DNA of 64,000 nucleotides from Tannerellaceae bacterium (lineage in GTDB: Bacteria; Bacteroidota; Bacteroidia; Bacteroidales; Tannerellaceae): positions 104,948 to 168,947 of the forward strand of contig DAMBSC010000009.1 of the NCBI GenBank assembly GCA_032054765.1. Reading direction: 5' to 3'. The position numbers and the translations under genes are program-made. Within the stretch, counting starts at the first letter, position 1. Every line of letters begins with the position of its first letter. The notes under the pieces are model-generated. The model was not told the DNA's origin and made no database searches. It was given only the letters and a program-made list of their open reading frames with translations. Positions 44,560 to 54,991 of this stretch are shown here, in pieces.

Positions 44560-47400
44560 ATGAGAAACCTTTTGTTAATACTTATGCTAACTATTGTATC
44601 ATCGGGCATTTTCGCTCAATGGAATGCATTTGTAAATAACTATAAAAAAGATCTGTTTGGTAGAGGTGCAAAAACCTGGAATATACAAATATATGATGAA
44701 AACCGTATCTATTTCGGCAATCAAAACGGAGTATTAGAATATAATGGGAATAGTTGGAAACTATTCCCGGTAGAAAAACAGACCGATGTAAGAGCTATTT
44801 ATATATCCAAAAATAATAATAAAATATATGCTGGTGGTGATGGAGAATTTGGCTATTTTGAACCAGACGAAAAGGGTGAATTAAGATATACAAAACTTTC
44901 CGAACCATTAATCACAGACTATAATTTATCAGGTGGGTACTGGGGAGTATTTGAATCAGACAACCTGATTTATTATGTATCAGATAAACATATAATCAAA
45001 CAGATTGGAAACGATTTTACTGTAATATATAGCGATAATAAAATCGATTGCTCCAATCTTGTAGATGGTATATTATTACTAGGTACTACCAATGGTGTAA
45101 AAATGCTGGTTGGAAATACGTTGTTGCCTGTTCCCGGAGATGAGTTGATCAAAGGAAAAACAGTTCGTGCTATTGTTCCATACAAATCCGGTTATCTAAT
45201 TGCTACAGCTTTCGATGGGTTATTCCATTCTTCAGGTCTGGAAATTGTTCCCTTTATAACCGGAGCGGAAGAGTTTTTGCGTCGAAATGAGATTTTCTCC
45301 TTAGCCGTTTCTCCGAAATACATAGCTATTGGAACGATACATAAAGGTCTTATTCTTCTTGACCAGGAAAGCGGTAGAACTTCCTATTATAACGAACAAA
45401 ACGGATTACAAAATAATACAGTACTTTCCCTATCGTTCGACGAACGGTCGAATTTATGGCTGGGTCTTGACAATGGTATTGATTACATACCGCTTGAATC
45501 TCCCTTTTCAAATTTGTACACAACTCCAAATGCGTATGGAAGCGGATATGCTTCTCTTGTCGTGGGAAATAAAGTATTATTAGGAACAAATAGAGGTTTA
45601 TTTGTTGCTGATTCACCAATTGTTTTAGGGGAAGATCCTCCGAAATTTCACTTAATACCGGAGCTTAGCGGTCAAGTATGGGGGATAAAGAAAATAAAAG
45701 ATGAAATCTTTTGTCTACATGAGAAAGGATTATATATGATAAATGGTAATAGTGCTCATTTGATACCCGGATTAAGAGGCGCTTTATTCTTTACGGAAAT
45801 AGATGAACACACAGATGCCGGTATTGTAGGAGCTTATGACGGCTTTTTTATGATAGAGAAGAAAAATTCAAAATGGAGTGTAAAGAAAAAAATAGCCAAC
45901 AGTACAGAGTGGCTCAAAAACATCGTTTTCCTTCCCCCTAATATCTTATGGATACGGGCCCTGGATAAAGGAATGATACGAATGACGTTGGATACTACTG
46001 ACTTTTCGATAAAGGAAAGCAGATTATATGACCGTTCGTCAGGGTTTGGATCCGTCAATGATCTGTATCTACATCAGATGGGTAATTCTGTTTTTTTCTC
46101 ATCAGCTTCCGGATTATATGAATATGATGAGAAAGAAGATTGTATCGCCCCTCATAAAAAACTCAGCTCCTGTTTCCTTACTGATGAACTCTGTAATATC
46201 TTTATTGAAAGGAACAACTACCTATATGCCTTATCACCGGGAATGGTACAGATAGCCGAGTTGCTTCCGGATGGTAATATTTCAACGAGTAAAGCCTATC
46301 CTTTCAGTCATAACCAAATAGAAACCGTTCGTTATTATGAGGCCATGGAAACGGTTAACGACTCGATTGTAATTATCCCAAACGGCAACGGCTTTGCCCT
46401 TTTGAATAAAGAAATAAAGCCTAAAGAGGAGAAAAAAGAATTGTTTATTAAAAACGTTTATATCACTTATCCCAAAGACTCTTTAATATATACAGATAAC
46501 TTTTTGCATCATGATATAATCCCTGAAATAGCCTTTAATCGACATGCTCTCCGACTTGAATATGCAGTCCGTTTGTTTGGTTCAACTAATCCGGTTAAAT
46601 ATAGGGTACGATTAATGCCTGATACGCAGTGGTCAGATTTTTCTTCAGCCACGATTAAAGAATATAATAACCTGAAAGAAGGTGATTATACCTTTGAAGT
46701 AGAAGCTTTATTTCTGGACGGAAGAACATCCTCCGCTGATTTTTCTTTTGTTATTCTGCCTCCCTGGTATCGTTCTGTTTATGCCTGGATTGCGTATGCC
46801 ATTCTCTTTCTAATACTTTTACGAATACTTTATGCCTATGATAAACGTCGTATTCTTAAAAACAGAAAAGCAGAAGCAGCCAAAAATGAAGAAGATATGC
46901 TAATGAAAGAACAGGAAATAATTCAGCTCAATAATGAAAAGCTGGAACAAGAACTCTCCTTTAAGACACAGGAAATGGCGAACCTGATGATTAACTTCTC
47001 AAGGAAAAATGAAATATTAATGCAGATTAAAGAAGAACTCTATAAAATTTCCGCAGAAATCAAAAATGATTCTTCGGTGAAAGCCAAGCGGATGCTGATT
47101 GCTTTAAATAACAGTATTGATTCAAATATCGCGTCAGACGATGCACTCAAACGCTTTGAAGAACAATTCGATCTGGTACATAATAACTACATCAAGAAAC
47201 TTAAAGAACGACAACCTGACTTAACTATCGGAGAACTGAAAATGTGTGCTTACATTAAGATGAATCTTTCCTCAAAAGAAATAGCACCTCTTCTTAATCT
47301 ATCTATCCGTGGTGTTGAGACCTTACGCTATCGTTTACGAAAGAAAATCGGTTTGGAAAGGGAGGACAGTCTAACAGAATATTTGAATAAGATATCCTAA
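44560..47400 (+). CDS. Transmembrane one-component regulator: periplasmic two-propeller plus Y_Y_Y ligand-binding sensor, single TM segment, cytoplasmic coiled coil and a C-terminal LuxR-type HTH
   Basis: Signal peptide, then propeller-like repeats (NGVLEYNGNSW, NKIYAGGDGEFGYF), TM segment (WIAYAILFLILLRILYAY), and a C-terminal LuxR HTH (ELKMCAYIKMNLSSKEIAPLLNLSIRGVETLRYRLRKKIG). No histidine kinase or receiver domains. Lies upstream of the susC/susD pair. Confidence 0.75.
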   Translation: MRNLLLILMLTIVSSGIFAQWNAFVNNYKKDLFGRGAKTWNIQIYDENRIYFGNQNGVLEYNGNSWKLFPVEKQTDVRAIYISKNNNKIYAGGDGEFGYFEPDEKGELRYTKLSEPLITDYNLSGGYWGVFESDNLIYYVSDKHIIKQIGNDFTVIYSDNKIDCSNLVDGILLLGTTNGVKMLVGNTLLPVPGDELIKGKTVRAIVPYKSGYLIATAFDGLFHSSGLEIVPFITGAEEFLRRNEIFSLAVSPKYIAIGTIHKGLILLDQESGRTSYYNEQNGLQNNTVLSLSFDERSNLWLGLDNGIDYIPLESPFSNLYTTPNAYGSGYASLVVGNKVLLGTNRGLFVADSPIVLGEDPPKFHLIPELSGQVWGIKKIKDEIFCLHEKGLYMINGNSAHLIPGLRGALFFTEIDEHTDAGIVGAYDGFFMIEKKNSKWSVKKKIANSTEWLKNIVFLPPNILWIRALDKGMIRMTLDTTDFSIKESRLYDRSSGFGSVNDLYLHQMGNSVFFSSASGLYEYDEKEDCIAPHKKLSSCFLTDELCNIFIERNNYLYALSPGMVQIAELLPDGNISTSKAYPFSHNQIETVRYYEAMETVNDSIVIIPNGNGFALLNKEIKPKEEKKELFIKNVYITYPKDSLIYTDNFLHHDIIPEIAFNRHALRLEYAVRLFGSTNPVKYRVRLMPDTQWSDFSSATIKEYNNLKEGDYTFEVEALFLDGRTSSADFSFVILPPWYRSVYAWIAYAILFLILLRILYAYDKRRILKNRKAEAAKNEEDMLMKEQEIIQLNNEKLEQELSFKTQEMANLMINFSRKNEILMQIKEELYKISAEIKNDSSVKAKRMLIALNNSIDSNIASDDALKRFEEQFDLVHNNYIKKLKERQPDLTIGELKMCAYIKMNLSSKEIAPLLNLSIRGVETLRYRLRKKIGLEREDSLTEYLNKIS

Positions 47401-47426
47401 AAACTGATTTAATTGGAAGAGAATAA

Positions 47427-47580
47427 ATTCTCATACCGATGAGAAAATATTCTCATGCTGATGAAACAAAATTCTCATGCCGATGAAACAAAATTCTCAG
47501 TGCGATGAGAAAAGTTTCTCTTCATGGTGAGAAAAAATTCTCATCGAAAAAAATCCTGTTGAGAAAAAGAGTTTTCTCTA
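47427..47580. promoter_or_regulatory. Array of six to seven lux-box-like palindromic repeats with 22-bp periodicity (TTCTCAT-N4-ATGAGAA and degenerate variants) between the regulator gene and susC
   Basis: Read directly: aTTCTCATaccgATGAGAAaat at 47427-47449, then copies at 47449-47470, 47471-47492, 47493-47514, 47515-47536, a half-site at 47537-47553, and GAGAAAAagagTTTTCTC at 47561-47578. TTCTCAT and ATGAGAA are reverse complements. Confidence 0.55.
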
Positions 47581-47756
47581 AAAACTACTCATTGCATTTT
47601 TAACTATTTTTTCCGATTATAAAAAAGCTCCAAGATCTGACCCAAAAATGTCATTAAAATTATTCACAATTGATAATCAGATATATATACAACATTGACG
47701 AGTCATTGACGTATTCTTTTTCTTCCTGAAACGTATTTACGAATAGGTAAAAAATG

Positions 47757-47786
47757 TTTATTTCTCTTATACTTCGTTTAAGTTTG
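47757..47786 (+). promoter_or_regulatory. Putative susC promoter (-7 TAagTTTG at 47779-47786)
   Basis: The sequence cgtTTAAGTTTGcag matches the Bacteroidetes -7 consensus about 31 bp upstream of the susC ATG. Confidence 0.3.
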
Positions 47787-47817
47787 CAGCAGAATTTTAA
47801 TCTTAAATAATTAATTC

Positions 47818-50800
47818 ATGAGAAATCTGTTGATCTTAATCCTATCTTTTACCGCCTTCTCTCTCTTTGCTCAGAATGTAGAGATAAAAGGCGTTGTAGT
47901 ATCGGGAAGTGATGACTACCCGTTACCAGGTGTTAATGTAGTTGTAAAAGGAACTACAAACGGAACAATGACTGACATTGACGGTCAGTTTACTCTCTCT
48001 GCTCCCGAAGGAAGTACATTATCTATTTCTTATGTAGGCTTTAAACCAATTGAAATTACAGGAAACAGCTCCGGTGTAATGAATATTGTAATACATGAAG
48101 ATACAGAATTGCTGGATGAAATTGTTGTAGTTGGATACGGTGTTCAAAAGAAAAGTGTTGTAACCGCGGCAATTAGTAGTGTAAAATCGGAAGATTTAGG
48201 AAAGCTTACTCCGGACCGTATTGAGAATGTATTGAAAGGACAGGTTTCAGGTGTTCAGGTAGCAACGATATCCGGTCAACCGGGTGCCGACGCCAAAGTA
48301 AGTATACGTGGTTTAGGTACCATCAACAACAGTGCTCCATTATATATTATAGATGGTATGGCAGTTGAAGGCGGGTTACGCAACCTGAATCCGGTAGATA
48401 TTGAATCTGTTGAGATATTGAAGGACGCCGCTTCAGCTGCTGTATATGGAGCACGTGCCGCAAACGGAGTAGTTTTAGTAACAACTAAAGCCGGTACATC
48501 AGGAAAAGCAAGAATCAATTACGACTTTTCTATCGGGTTCCAGAATCCGTGGAAAAAGAAAGATGTACTGAATGCCGAACAGTATATGATTTACCGTAAC
48601 GAGATGAATGTGAACGGAGGGGGTGCAACTATTTATTCGCCCGAAGAGATAACAGCAGCCCGTAATGGTCAAACTGCGAATACCGACTGGCAGGAAGAAG
48701 TATTTAATAAAAATGCACCGGTGACCAATCACCAGGTTAGCGTTACAGGTGGTAATGATAAAGGTTCTTATTATCTGTCGTTAGGTTATTTCAACCAGGA
48801 AGGTATTATTGGCGGTAACTACGGAATGTCAAATTATGACCGTTGGACCATCCGCATGAATAATAAATATGAGGTCTTGAATGCTGAAAAAGAAAGAAAA
48901 TTCCTGAATAAAGTTGTGGTAGGAAGTAATCTTAGTTACGCCAGAGCCAAATCTGTAGGAGTTCCCGGAGGTGAAAATTCTGAGTTCGGTTCCGTATTAG
49001 GTAGTGCTATCGTAATGTCTCCATTAGTGAATGTGTACGCTACTGAGGATGAAGCAAATGAAATTCTGGCGGCTCATCCTTATGCTGTTAAAGACAAAAA
49101 CGGCAATGTGTTTTCTCTGTCTCCTTCAGGATTTCAGGAAATTGTGAACCCCGTTGCTTTGATGAACAGACCTCAGAGAACAAAAAACAATGAAGATAAA
49201 ATTATAGGAACCTTCTACGCTGAAGTAGATGTTTATGAAGGTTTGAAATTTAAGTCAAGTTATGGTCTCGACCTTGCTTTCTGGGGTGAAGACGAATATG
49301 CCTTCCCATACTATCTTTCACAGATGAACAGACTTGAAAATACCGTTGATACTCGTGTTAGATCACAAATGAACAGAGGATACACCTGGCAGGTTGAAAA
49401 CGTTTTGAACTATAACAAAACATTCAACCGAATTCATAATATCGGAATAATGCTGGGGCAATCCGGACGTAAATACAATGATCGTCAACTGGAAGGTACA
49501 GACTATGATTTACTTGCCTACGATCCTTATATGGCAACTATTAACTCGGGAACAGCAGACCGTGAACGCGAAAGGACAAGCGGTTACCGGACGTACAGTA
49601 CACTTGCCTCTTATTTCGGACGTGTTGACTATAACTTTGACGAAAGATATATGTTTCAGGCTACTGTTCGTAGGGATGGTTCCGATAAATTCGGTCCTAA
49701 CAATAAGTGGGGGGTATTCCCATCCGTATCAGGAGGATGGAATGTTTCTAACGAATCCTTTATGAAAGATGTAAACTGGATCGACTATATGAAACTCCGT
49801 GCCAGCTGGGGTGTAAACGGTAATCAGAATATCGATCAGTTTGCCTATTCAAGCTTAATGGATGGTGGACAGAATTATTATTTCGGTGTTGGAAATACGC
49901 AATACATGCAATATGGTGTAAGCGGTGGAGCATTCTCTAATGCTAATCTTAAATGGGAAGAGTCTAAGCAGACAGATATCGGTTTAGATATGCGTTTCCT
50001 TGATCATGCACTTACGTTCACGTTTGATTATTATAAAAAGAAAACAGACGGGATGCTCAAAAAGCAACCTATACCTAATTACGTTGGTAGAACAGAGCCA
50101 TGGTCGAATGCCGGTAAAATGGAGAACTGGGGATTGGAGTTCGACCTGGGTTATCGCTTCTCTGTTTCTGATTTCAATTTTGGAGTAAAAGCAAATGCCT
50201 CATATATGCAAACCAAATTAATTGATTTAGGAGTTCCGTCAGGCGAACAGTCATGGGGAGGTACCGGTGCAGCCGGTGTGGATAACTTTATCTATGCCAA
50301 AAATGGTATGGCATGGCCTTTCTTCTATGGTTGGCGAACAGATGGCATTCTGCAAACTCAGGCTGATGCGGATGAATACAATGCTAAATTTGGAACCTCT
50401 GCTGTTCCGGGAGATGTACGCTTCAAGAATTTGAATGGTGATGATAAAATTGATGATCAGGATCGTGAGAAAATAGGTCGCGGTGTACCCGACTGGACAT
50501 ATGGTCTTACATTAAATGGTGAATACAAAGGATTCGACCTGTATGTATTCTTCCAGGGAGTTATCGGAGTGGATATTTTTGATATTTCACAACGTGCGGA
50601 TATTCCGGGAGCAAATCGTCCGGAATGGATCATGGACAGATGGACAGGTCCGGGAACATCCAATAAAATACCTCGTATAACTTCAATCGATACAAATAGA
50701 AACTGGCGCGCCTCTGATCTATACATAAAGAACGGTAATTATTGCAGGCTAAAGAATATTCAGTTAGGCTATACCATTCCAAGGAATCTTTCACGGATTG

Positions 50801-50997
50801 CCGGAATTGAAAATCTAAGGATCTTCGTCGGTGCGGAGAACTTGCTGACCTTCACGAAGTATAAAGATGGATTCGATCCTGAAATCGGAAACAGTATTAA
50901 TCCAAAGGATAATCCAGGAGAAAATAACCAGAGTGTAGATAAAGGAAATTATCCCCAGGCACGAACGTTATCTTTTGGAGCAAGTATATCATTCTAA
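47818..50997 (+). CDS. susC: SusC/RagA-family TonB-dependent outer-membrane transporter
   Basis: 1059 aa. Signal peptide, carboxypeptidase-regulatory-like domain (IKGVVVSGSDDYPLPGVNVVVKGTTNGTMTDIDGQFTL), TonB plug (DEIVVVGYGVQKKS), and a C-terminal beta-barrel ending in an aromatic residue (ISF). Confidence 0.9.
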   Translation: MRNLLILILSFTAFSLFAQNVEIKGVVVSGSDDYPLPGVNVVVKGTTNGTMTDIDGQFTLSAPEGSTLSISYVGFKPIEITGNSSGVMNIVIHEDTELLDEIVVVGYGVQKKSVVTAAISSVKSEDLGKLTPDRIENVLKGQVSGVQVATISGQPGADAKVSIRGLGTINNSAPLYIIDGMAVEGGLRNLNPVDIESVEILKDAASAAVYGARAANGVVLVTTKAGTSGKARINYDFSIGFQNPWKKKDVLNAEQYMIYRNEMNVNGGGATIYSPEEITAARNGQTANTDWQEEVFNKNAPVTNHQVSVTGGNDKGSYYLSLGYFNQEGIIGGNYGMSNYDRWTIRMNNKYEVLNAEKERKFLNKVVVGSNLSYARAKSVGVPGGENSEFGSVLGSAIVMSPLVNVYATEDEANEILAAHPYAVKDKNGNVFSLSPSGFQEIVNPVALMNRPQRTKNNEDKIIGTFYAEVDVYEGLKFKSSYGLDLAFWGEDEYAFPYYLSQMNRLENTVDTRVRSQMNRGYTWQVENVLNYNKTFNRIHNIGIMLGQSGRKYNDRQLEGTDYDLLAYDPYMATINSGTADRERERTSGYRTYSTLASYFGRVDYNFDERYMFQATVRRDGSDKFGPNNKWGVFPSVSGGWNVSNESFMKDVNWIDYMKLRASWGVNGNQNIDQFAYSSLMDGGQNYYFGVGNTQYMQYGVSGGAFSNANLKWEESKQTDIGLDMRFLDHALTFTFDYYKKKTDGMLKKQPIPNYVGRTEPWSNAGKMENWGLEFDLGYRFSVSDFNFGVKANASYMQTKLIDLGVPSGEQSWGGTGAAGVDNFIYAKNGMAWPFFYGWRTDGILQTQADADEYNAKFGTSAVPGDVRFKNLNGDDKIDDQDREKIGRGVPDWTYGLTLNGEYKGFDLYVFFQGVIGVDIFDISQRADIPGANRPEWIMDRWTGPGTSNKIPRITSIDTNRNWRASDLYIKNGNYCRLKNIQLGYTIPRNLSRIAGIENLRIFVGAENLLTFTKYKDGFDPEIGNSINPKDNPGENNQSVDKGNYPQARTLSFGASISF

Positions 50998-51015
50998 TCA
51001 AAAAACTAATTTACA

Positions 51016-52554
51016 ATGAAAAATTTCATATTTAAATATATTCTTGTTGGAGTTATCTTAATAGGTTTCTCCTCATGCGGCGACGATTTCCTGACGGTAA
51101 GACCAACGGATAAATTGGAAGCGGGCGGACCGGCTACCATTCAAGCAATAGAACAAAGTATAGCATCTGCTTATCAAATACTTTTAATGGATAGTTATGC
51201 AGCTAGTAGCTATAATAGTACTACTTTAATGGGTGATCTGCGTTCGGATCTGATTTTTAAAGGAGGCGGTGAAGCTAATGACCAGGCAAGCCTTTATTTC
51301 CTTTCGTTATTCAGTAATACGCCAAGTGATAGCCCCGAAGGCTGGTGGAGAATCTACTTTACCGGTTTGAGCCGTGCAAACGGCGTGATCGTATCTTGTG
51401 AAAATGCAGTTGACGGAACGGAAGAAGAAATTAATCGTCTATCTGCCGAAGCACATACTTTACGGGCATATTTTGTTCATCAATTATGGTTATTATATGG
51501 CAATATTCCTTATTTCGAAGGAGAACTAGAAGATCCTTACCTGGCTAAACAATATAAAGCAGACGAGATTTACAAAGAAATAATGGAAGATCTTGAATAT
51601 GCTATTTCAGGAGATAAACTTCCGTCAGCAGTATCAGGAGCAAATACCGGACGGGTAACCAAAGCCATGGCACAAATGTTACGTGCCCGTGTAGCTATGT
51701 ATCAGAATGATCAATCAATGTACAATCAGGTATTAGCTGATATGGTTGAGATTATAAATAATCCGGCTTATGGCCTGATGGATAATATGGAAGATATATT
51801 CTTGCCTTCCGGTGAATTTTGTAAAGAGTCTATATTTGAAACAAATCAACGTCCTGAAGGTCGTGACTGGAATTCTGCCTGGGATGGCTATGGTACTAAC
51901 CTTCCGGCTTTTATTTCTCCCAATTCATTTACTGATCCCGATGGTGTATTTATTGGCGGTTGGGGATTTGCGACTGTACGTCAAACTGCCTACGATATGT
52001 ATTCACCGGATGATACCCGTAGAGATGCGAGTATCAACGACTGGCGAGAAGTAGAATATGCAAGACGTTTTCAGGATACAGGATTCTTCCTTCGTAAATA
52101 TGCCGCTCGGAAAGAGTGCAATGTTGTTATTTCCGGTGCAAACGATTTAAACTTCGATAATAACCTGCGTATTTACCGTTTGGCCGAAGCCTATCTAAAT
52201 GCCGCTGAATTAATAGTAGGAGGAGCCTCTGCAGCTGGAGCACAATCAGCACAGTATTACTTGGATACTGTTCGTAAACGTGCTTTTGGTGATAAATTCG
52301 ACGGAAATAAGGTTACTGCTAATTTAGAGAATATCAAGAAAGAACGCGCATTGGAATTCCTTGGAGAAGGCTTACGTTATTGGGATTTAGTAAGATGGGG
52401 TGATGCAGCAAGAGTTTTATCTGAAAACCTACCGGAGTTTGCTTCTGTAAGAACCTGGGATCCTACCAAGAGTAAATATATACCGATACCTCAAAGCGAA
52501 ATAGATAAAACCAGAGGATTTGGTGAATTTGAATTAGTGCAGAATCCATATTAA
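51016..52554 (+). CDS. susD: SusD/RagB-family nutrient-binding outer-membrane lipoprotein
   Basis: Lipoprotein signal (GFSSCGDDFL), TPR-like helical SusD fold, and its position immediately after susC. Confidence 0.85.
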   Translation: MKNFIFKYILVGVILIGFSSCGDDFLTVRPTDKLEAGGPATIQAIEQSIASAYQILLMDSYAASSYNSTTLMGDLRSDLIFKGGGEANDQASLYFLSLFSNTPSDSPEGWWRIYFTGLSRANGVIVSCENAVDGTEEEINRLSAEAHTLRAYFVHQLWLLYGNIPYFEGELEDPYLAKQYKADEIYKEIMEDLEYAISGDKLPSAVSGANTGRVTKAMAQMLRARVAMYQNDQSMYNQVLADMVEIINNPAYGLMDNMEDIFLPSGEFCKESIFETNQRPEGRDWNSAWDGYGTNLPAFISPNSFTDPDGVFIGGWGFATVRQTAYDMYSPDDTRRDASINDWREVEYARRFQDTGFFLRKYAARKECNVVISGANDLNFDNNLRIYRLAEAYLNAAELIVGGASAAGAQSAQYYLDTVRKRAFGDKFDGNKVTANLENIKKERALEFLGEGLRYWDLVRWGDAARVLSENLPEFASVRTWDPTKSKYIPIPQSEIDKTRGFGEFELVQNPY

Positions 52555-52644
52555 TACTTAAATCAGAAATCTAGAAAGATTGATCCATCCGACTTTATTT
52601 GAAGCCGGATGGGTCAGAGTAAAAACAAGTATAAATAGTAAAAA

Positions 52645-54900
52645 ATGACAAATAGAATAGTAACGATATTCTTTTTACTTTCTCTTATATTTCAAGCTTG
52701 TACAAACGAAAAATCTTCCGATTCAGCCGATAATAACGATATTGAAAAACGGATAGATGCTTTGTTAAAGCAAATGACACTAGAAGAAAAGATCGGGCAA
52801 ATGAATCAGATCAGTTCTTTCAGTGATAATGGGAAAATGAGAGAATTGGTAAAAAAGGGAGAAGTCGGTTCTTTACTTAATCTGACCGATCCGGAAATTA
52901 TCAATGCGCTTCAGCAGGTAGCAATGGAAGAGAGTCGTTTGAAAATCCCGCTAATTATAGGTAGGGATGTCATTCACGGATTCAAAACCATTTTTCCAAT
53001 ACCTTTAGGACAAGCGGCTTCTTTCAATCCTGATTTGGTAGAGGCGGGGGCCCGTGTCGCTGCTGTTGAAGCATCTTCTGTAGGGATAAACTGGACATTT
53101 GCTCCTATGATAGATATATCAAGGGATCCCCGATGGGGGAGAATTGCGGAGAGCCTGGGTGAAGATACATATCTTAGTTCGGTGCTTAGTGCTGCAATGA
53201 TAAAAGGGTTTCAGGGAGAAACGCTGAATGATCCTACAAGCATAGCAGCTTGCCCGAAACATTTTGTAGGTTATGGAGCTTCTGAAGCAGGAAAAGATTA
53301 TAATTCCACATTTATCCCTGAACGACAGCTACGAAATGTGTATCTACCACCTTTCCAAAGAGCAGTAGAAGCCGGTGCCGCAACGTTTATGACCTCTTTC
53401 AATGATAACGATGGTGTTCCTTCTACCGGGAATAAATTCATTTTAGATCAGGTTCTTCGTAACGAATGGAACTTCGATGGTTTTGTTGTTTCCGATTGGG
53501 AATCTGTTCGCGAAATGATAGCACATGGGTTCTGTAAAGATGAAAAGGAAGCTGCGGAAAAGGCGGTAAATGCCGGAGTCGATATGGAAATGGTAAGTTA
53601 CCTTTACGTAAAACATCTGGAAGAATTGATTAAGGAAGGGAAAGTAAAAGAATCTACGATAAACAATGCAGTCAGGAATATACTACGTATCAAATTCCGT
53701 CTGGGTTTATTTGATAATCCATACGTAAGTACAGATGCACAATCTGTTATTTATTCGGAAGAACATTTACAGAAAGCGAAAGAAGCTGCCGTCGAGTCGG
53801 CTATTTTGCTAAAAAACGAAAATCAGATATTACCTTTAGGAGATAATATTAAAACCATAGCCATAGTAGGGCCACTGGCTGATGCCCCACACGATCAACT
53901 CGGAACATGGATTTTTGATGGTGATAAGAATTACACACAAACTCCTCTGAAATTTCTACAGTCGGAATACGCTGATCAAATACGTATTCTATACGCATCC
54001 GGAACAGAATATAGCCGTGATAAACGGACTACAGGCATTGCGGCCGCTGTTTCCGCGGCACGGAATGCTGATATCGTTTTAGCTTTTGTAGGTGAAGAGT
54101 CAATCTTATCAGGAGAAGCTCATAGCCTGACAAATTTAAACCTTCAGGGAGCCCAGAGTGAATTAATAGAAGCCGTTGCGCAAACAGGTAAACCGGTGGT
54201 AACAATAGTTATGGCAGGACGTCCGCTTACTATTGAAAAAGAGGCTGCTCTTTCGAAAGCCGTATTGTTTAATTTCCACCCCGGAACGATGGGAGGTCCG
54301 GCTATAATTGATCTTTTATTCGGAAAAGCTGTTCCAAGCGGTAAGCTACCAGTAACGTTTCCTAAAACAGTTGGTCAGATTCCTATTTATTATGCACATA
54401 ACAATACCGGCCGTCCTTTCCAGGGTACAGAAACGATGTTAGAAGATATTCCTTTGGAAGCAGGTCAAACTTCATTAGGAAATACTTCTTTCCATTTAGA
54501 TGCAGGATTTAATCCTTTATACCCGTTTGGTTACGGTCTCTCCTACACTACCTTTGATTATACCAACCTTACGTTATCCAATCAGAATTTGGGTATCTCA
54601 GATGTCTTAACTGTTTCCGTTGATATTAGTAATACCGGTAAGTATGATGGTGCAGAAATAGCACAGCTATACATTCAAGATTGTTTCGGCTCGATTACCC
54701 GTCCGGTAAAGGAACTGAAACGTTTTGAACGGATATTCCTTAAAACCGGAGAAAAGAAAACGGTTACATTTACATTGCCTATAGAGGAATTGGCGTTTTA
54801 TAACATTGATATGAAGAAAGTTGTTGAACCCGGAGATTTCAATCTTTGGGTAGGTACTAATAGTCAGGAAGGCTTAAAGAGTACTTTTGTTATAAATTAA
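52645..54900 (+). CDS. Glycoside hydrolase family 3 periplasmic beta-glucosidase (BglX-like)
   Basis: GH3 N-terminal motifs (LEEKIGQMNQ, GRDVIHGF, catalytic region GFVVSDWESV) and a C-terminal sandwich/Fn3-like domain. Confidence 0.85.
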   Translation: MTNRIVTIFFLLSLIFQACTNEKSSDSADNNDIEKRIDALLKQMTLEEKIGQMNQISSFSDNGKMRELVKKGEVGSLLNLTDPEIINALQQVAMEESRLKIPLIIGRDVIHGFKTIFPIPLGQAASFNPDLVEAGARVAAVEASSVGINWTFAPMIDISRDPRWGRIAESLGEDTYLSSVLSAAMIKGFQGETLNDPTSIAACPKHFVGYGASEAGKDYNSTFIPERQLRNVYLPPFQRAVEAGAATFMTSFNDNDGVPSTGNKFILDQVLRNEWNFDGFVVSDWESVREMIAHGFCKDEKEAAEKAVNAGVDMEMVSYLYVKHLEELIKEGKVKESTINNAVRNILRIKFRLGLFDNPYVSTDAQSVIYSEEHLQKAKEAAVESAILLKNENQILPLGDNIKTIAIVGPLADAPHDQLGTWIFDGDKNYTQTPLKFLQSEYADQIRILYASGTEYSRDKRTTGIAAAVSAARNADIVLAFVGEESILSGEAHSLTNLNLQGAQSELIEAVAQTGKPVVTIVMAGRPLTIEKEAALSKAVLFNFHPGTMGGPAIIDLLFGKAVPSGKLPVTFPKTVGQIPIYYAHNNTGRPFQGTETMLEDIPLEAGQTSLGNTSFHLDAGFNPLYPFGYGLSYTTFDYTNLTLSNQNLGISDVLTVSVDISNTGKYDGAEIAQLYIQDCFGSITRPVKELKRFERIFLKTGEKKTVTFTLPIEELAFYNIDMKKVVEPGDFNLWVGTNSQEGLKSTFVIN

Positions 54901-54923
54901 TGCACATCAGAAGAAGAATGAAA

Positions 54924-54966
54924 ATTCCCGTTCCCCAATTCTTTATTGAATTTGCGGGACGGGAAT
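54924..54966. terminator. Bidirectional terminator hairpin (ATTCCCGTTCCCC ... GCGGGACGGGAAT) between the convergent GH3 and rubrerythrin genes
   Basis: Imperfect 11-13 bp inverted repeat read directly. Confidence 0.5.
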
Positions 54967-54991
54967 CACTTAGTCGTGGAAGTTTATTGGT

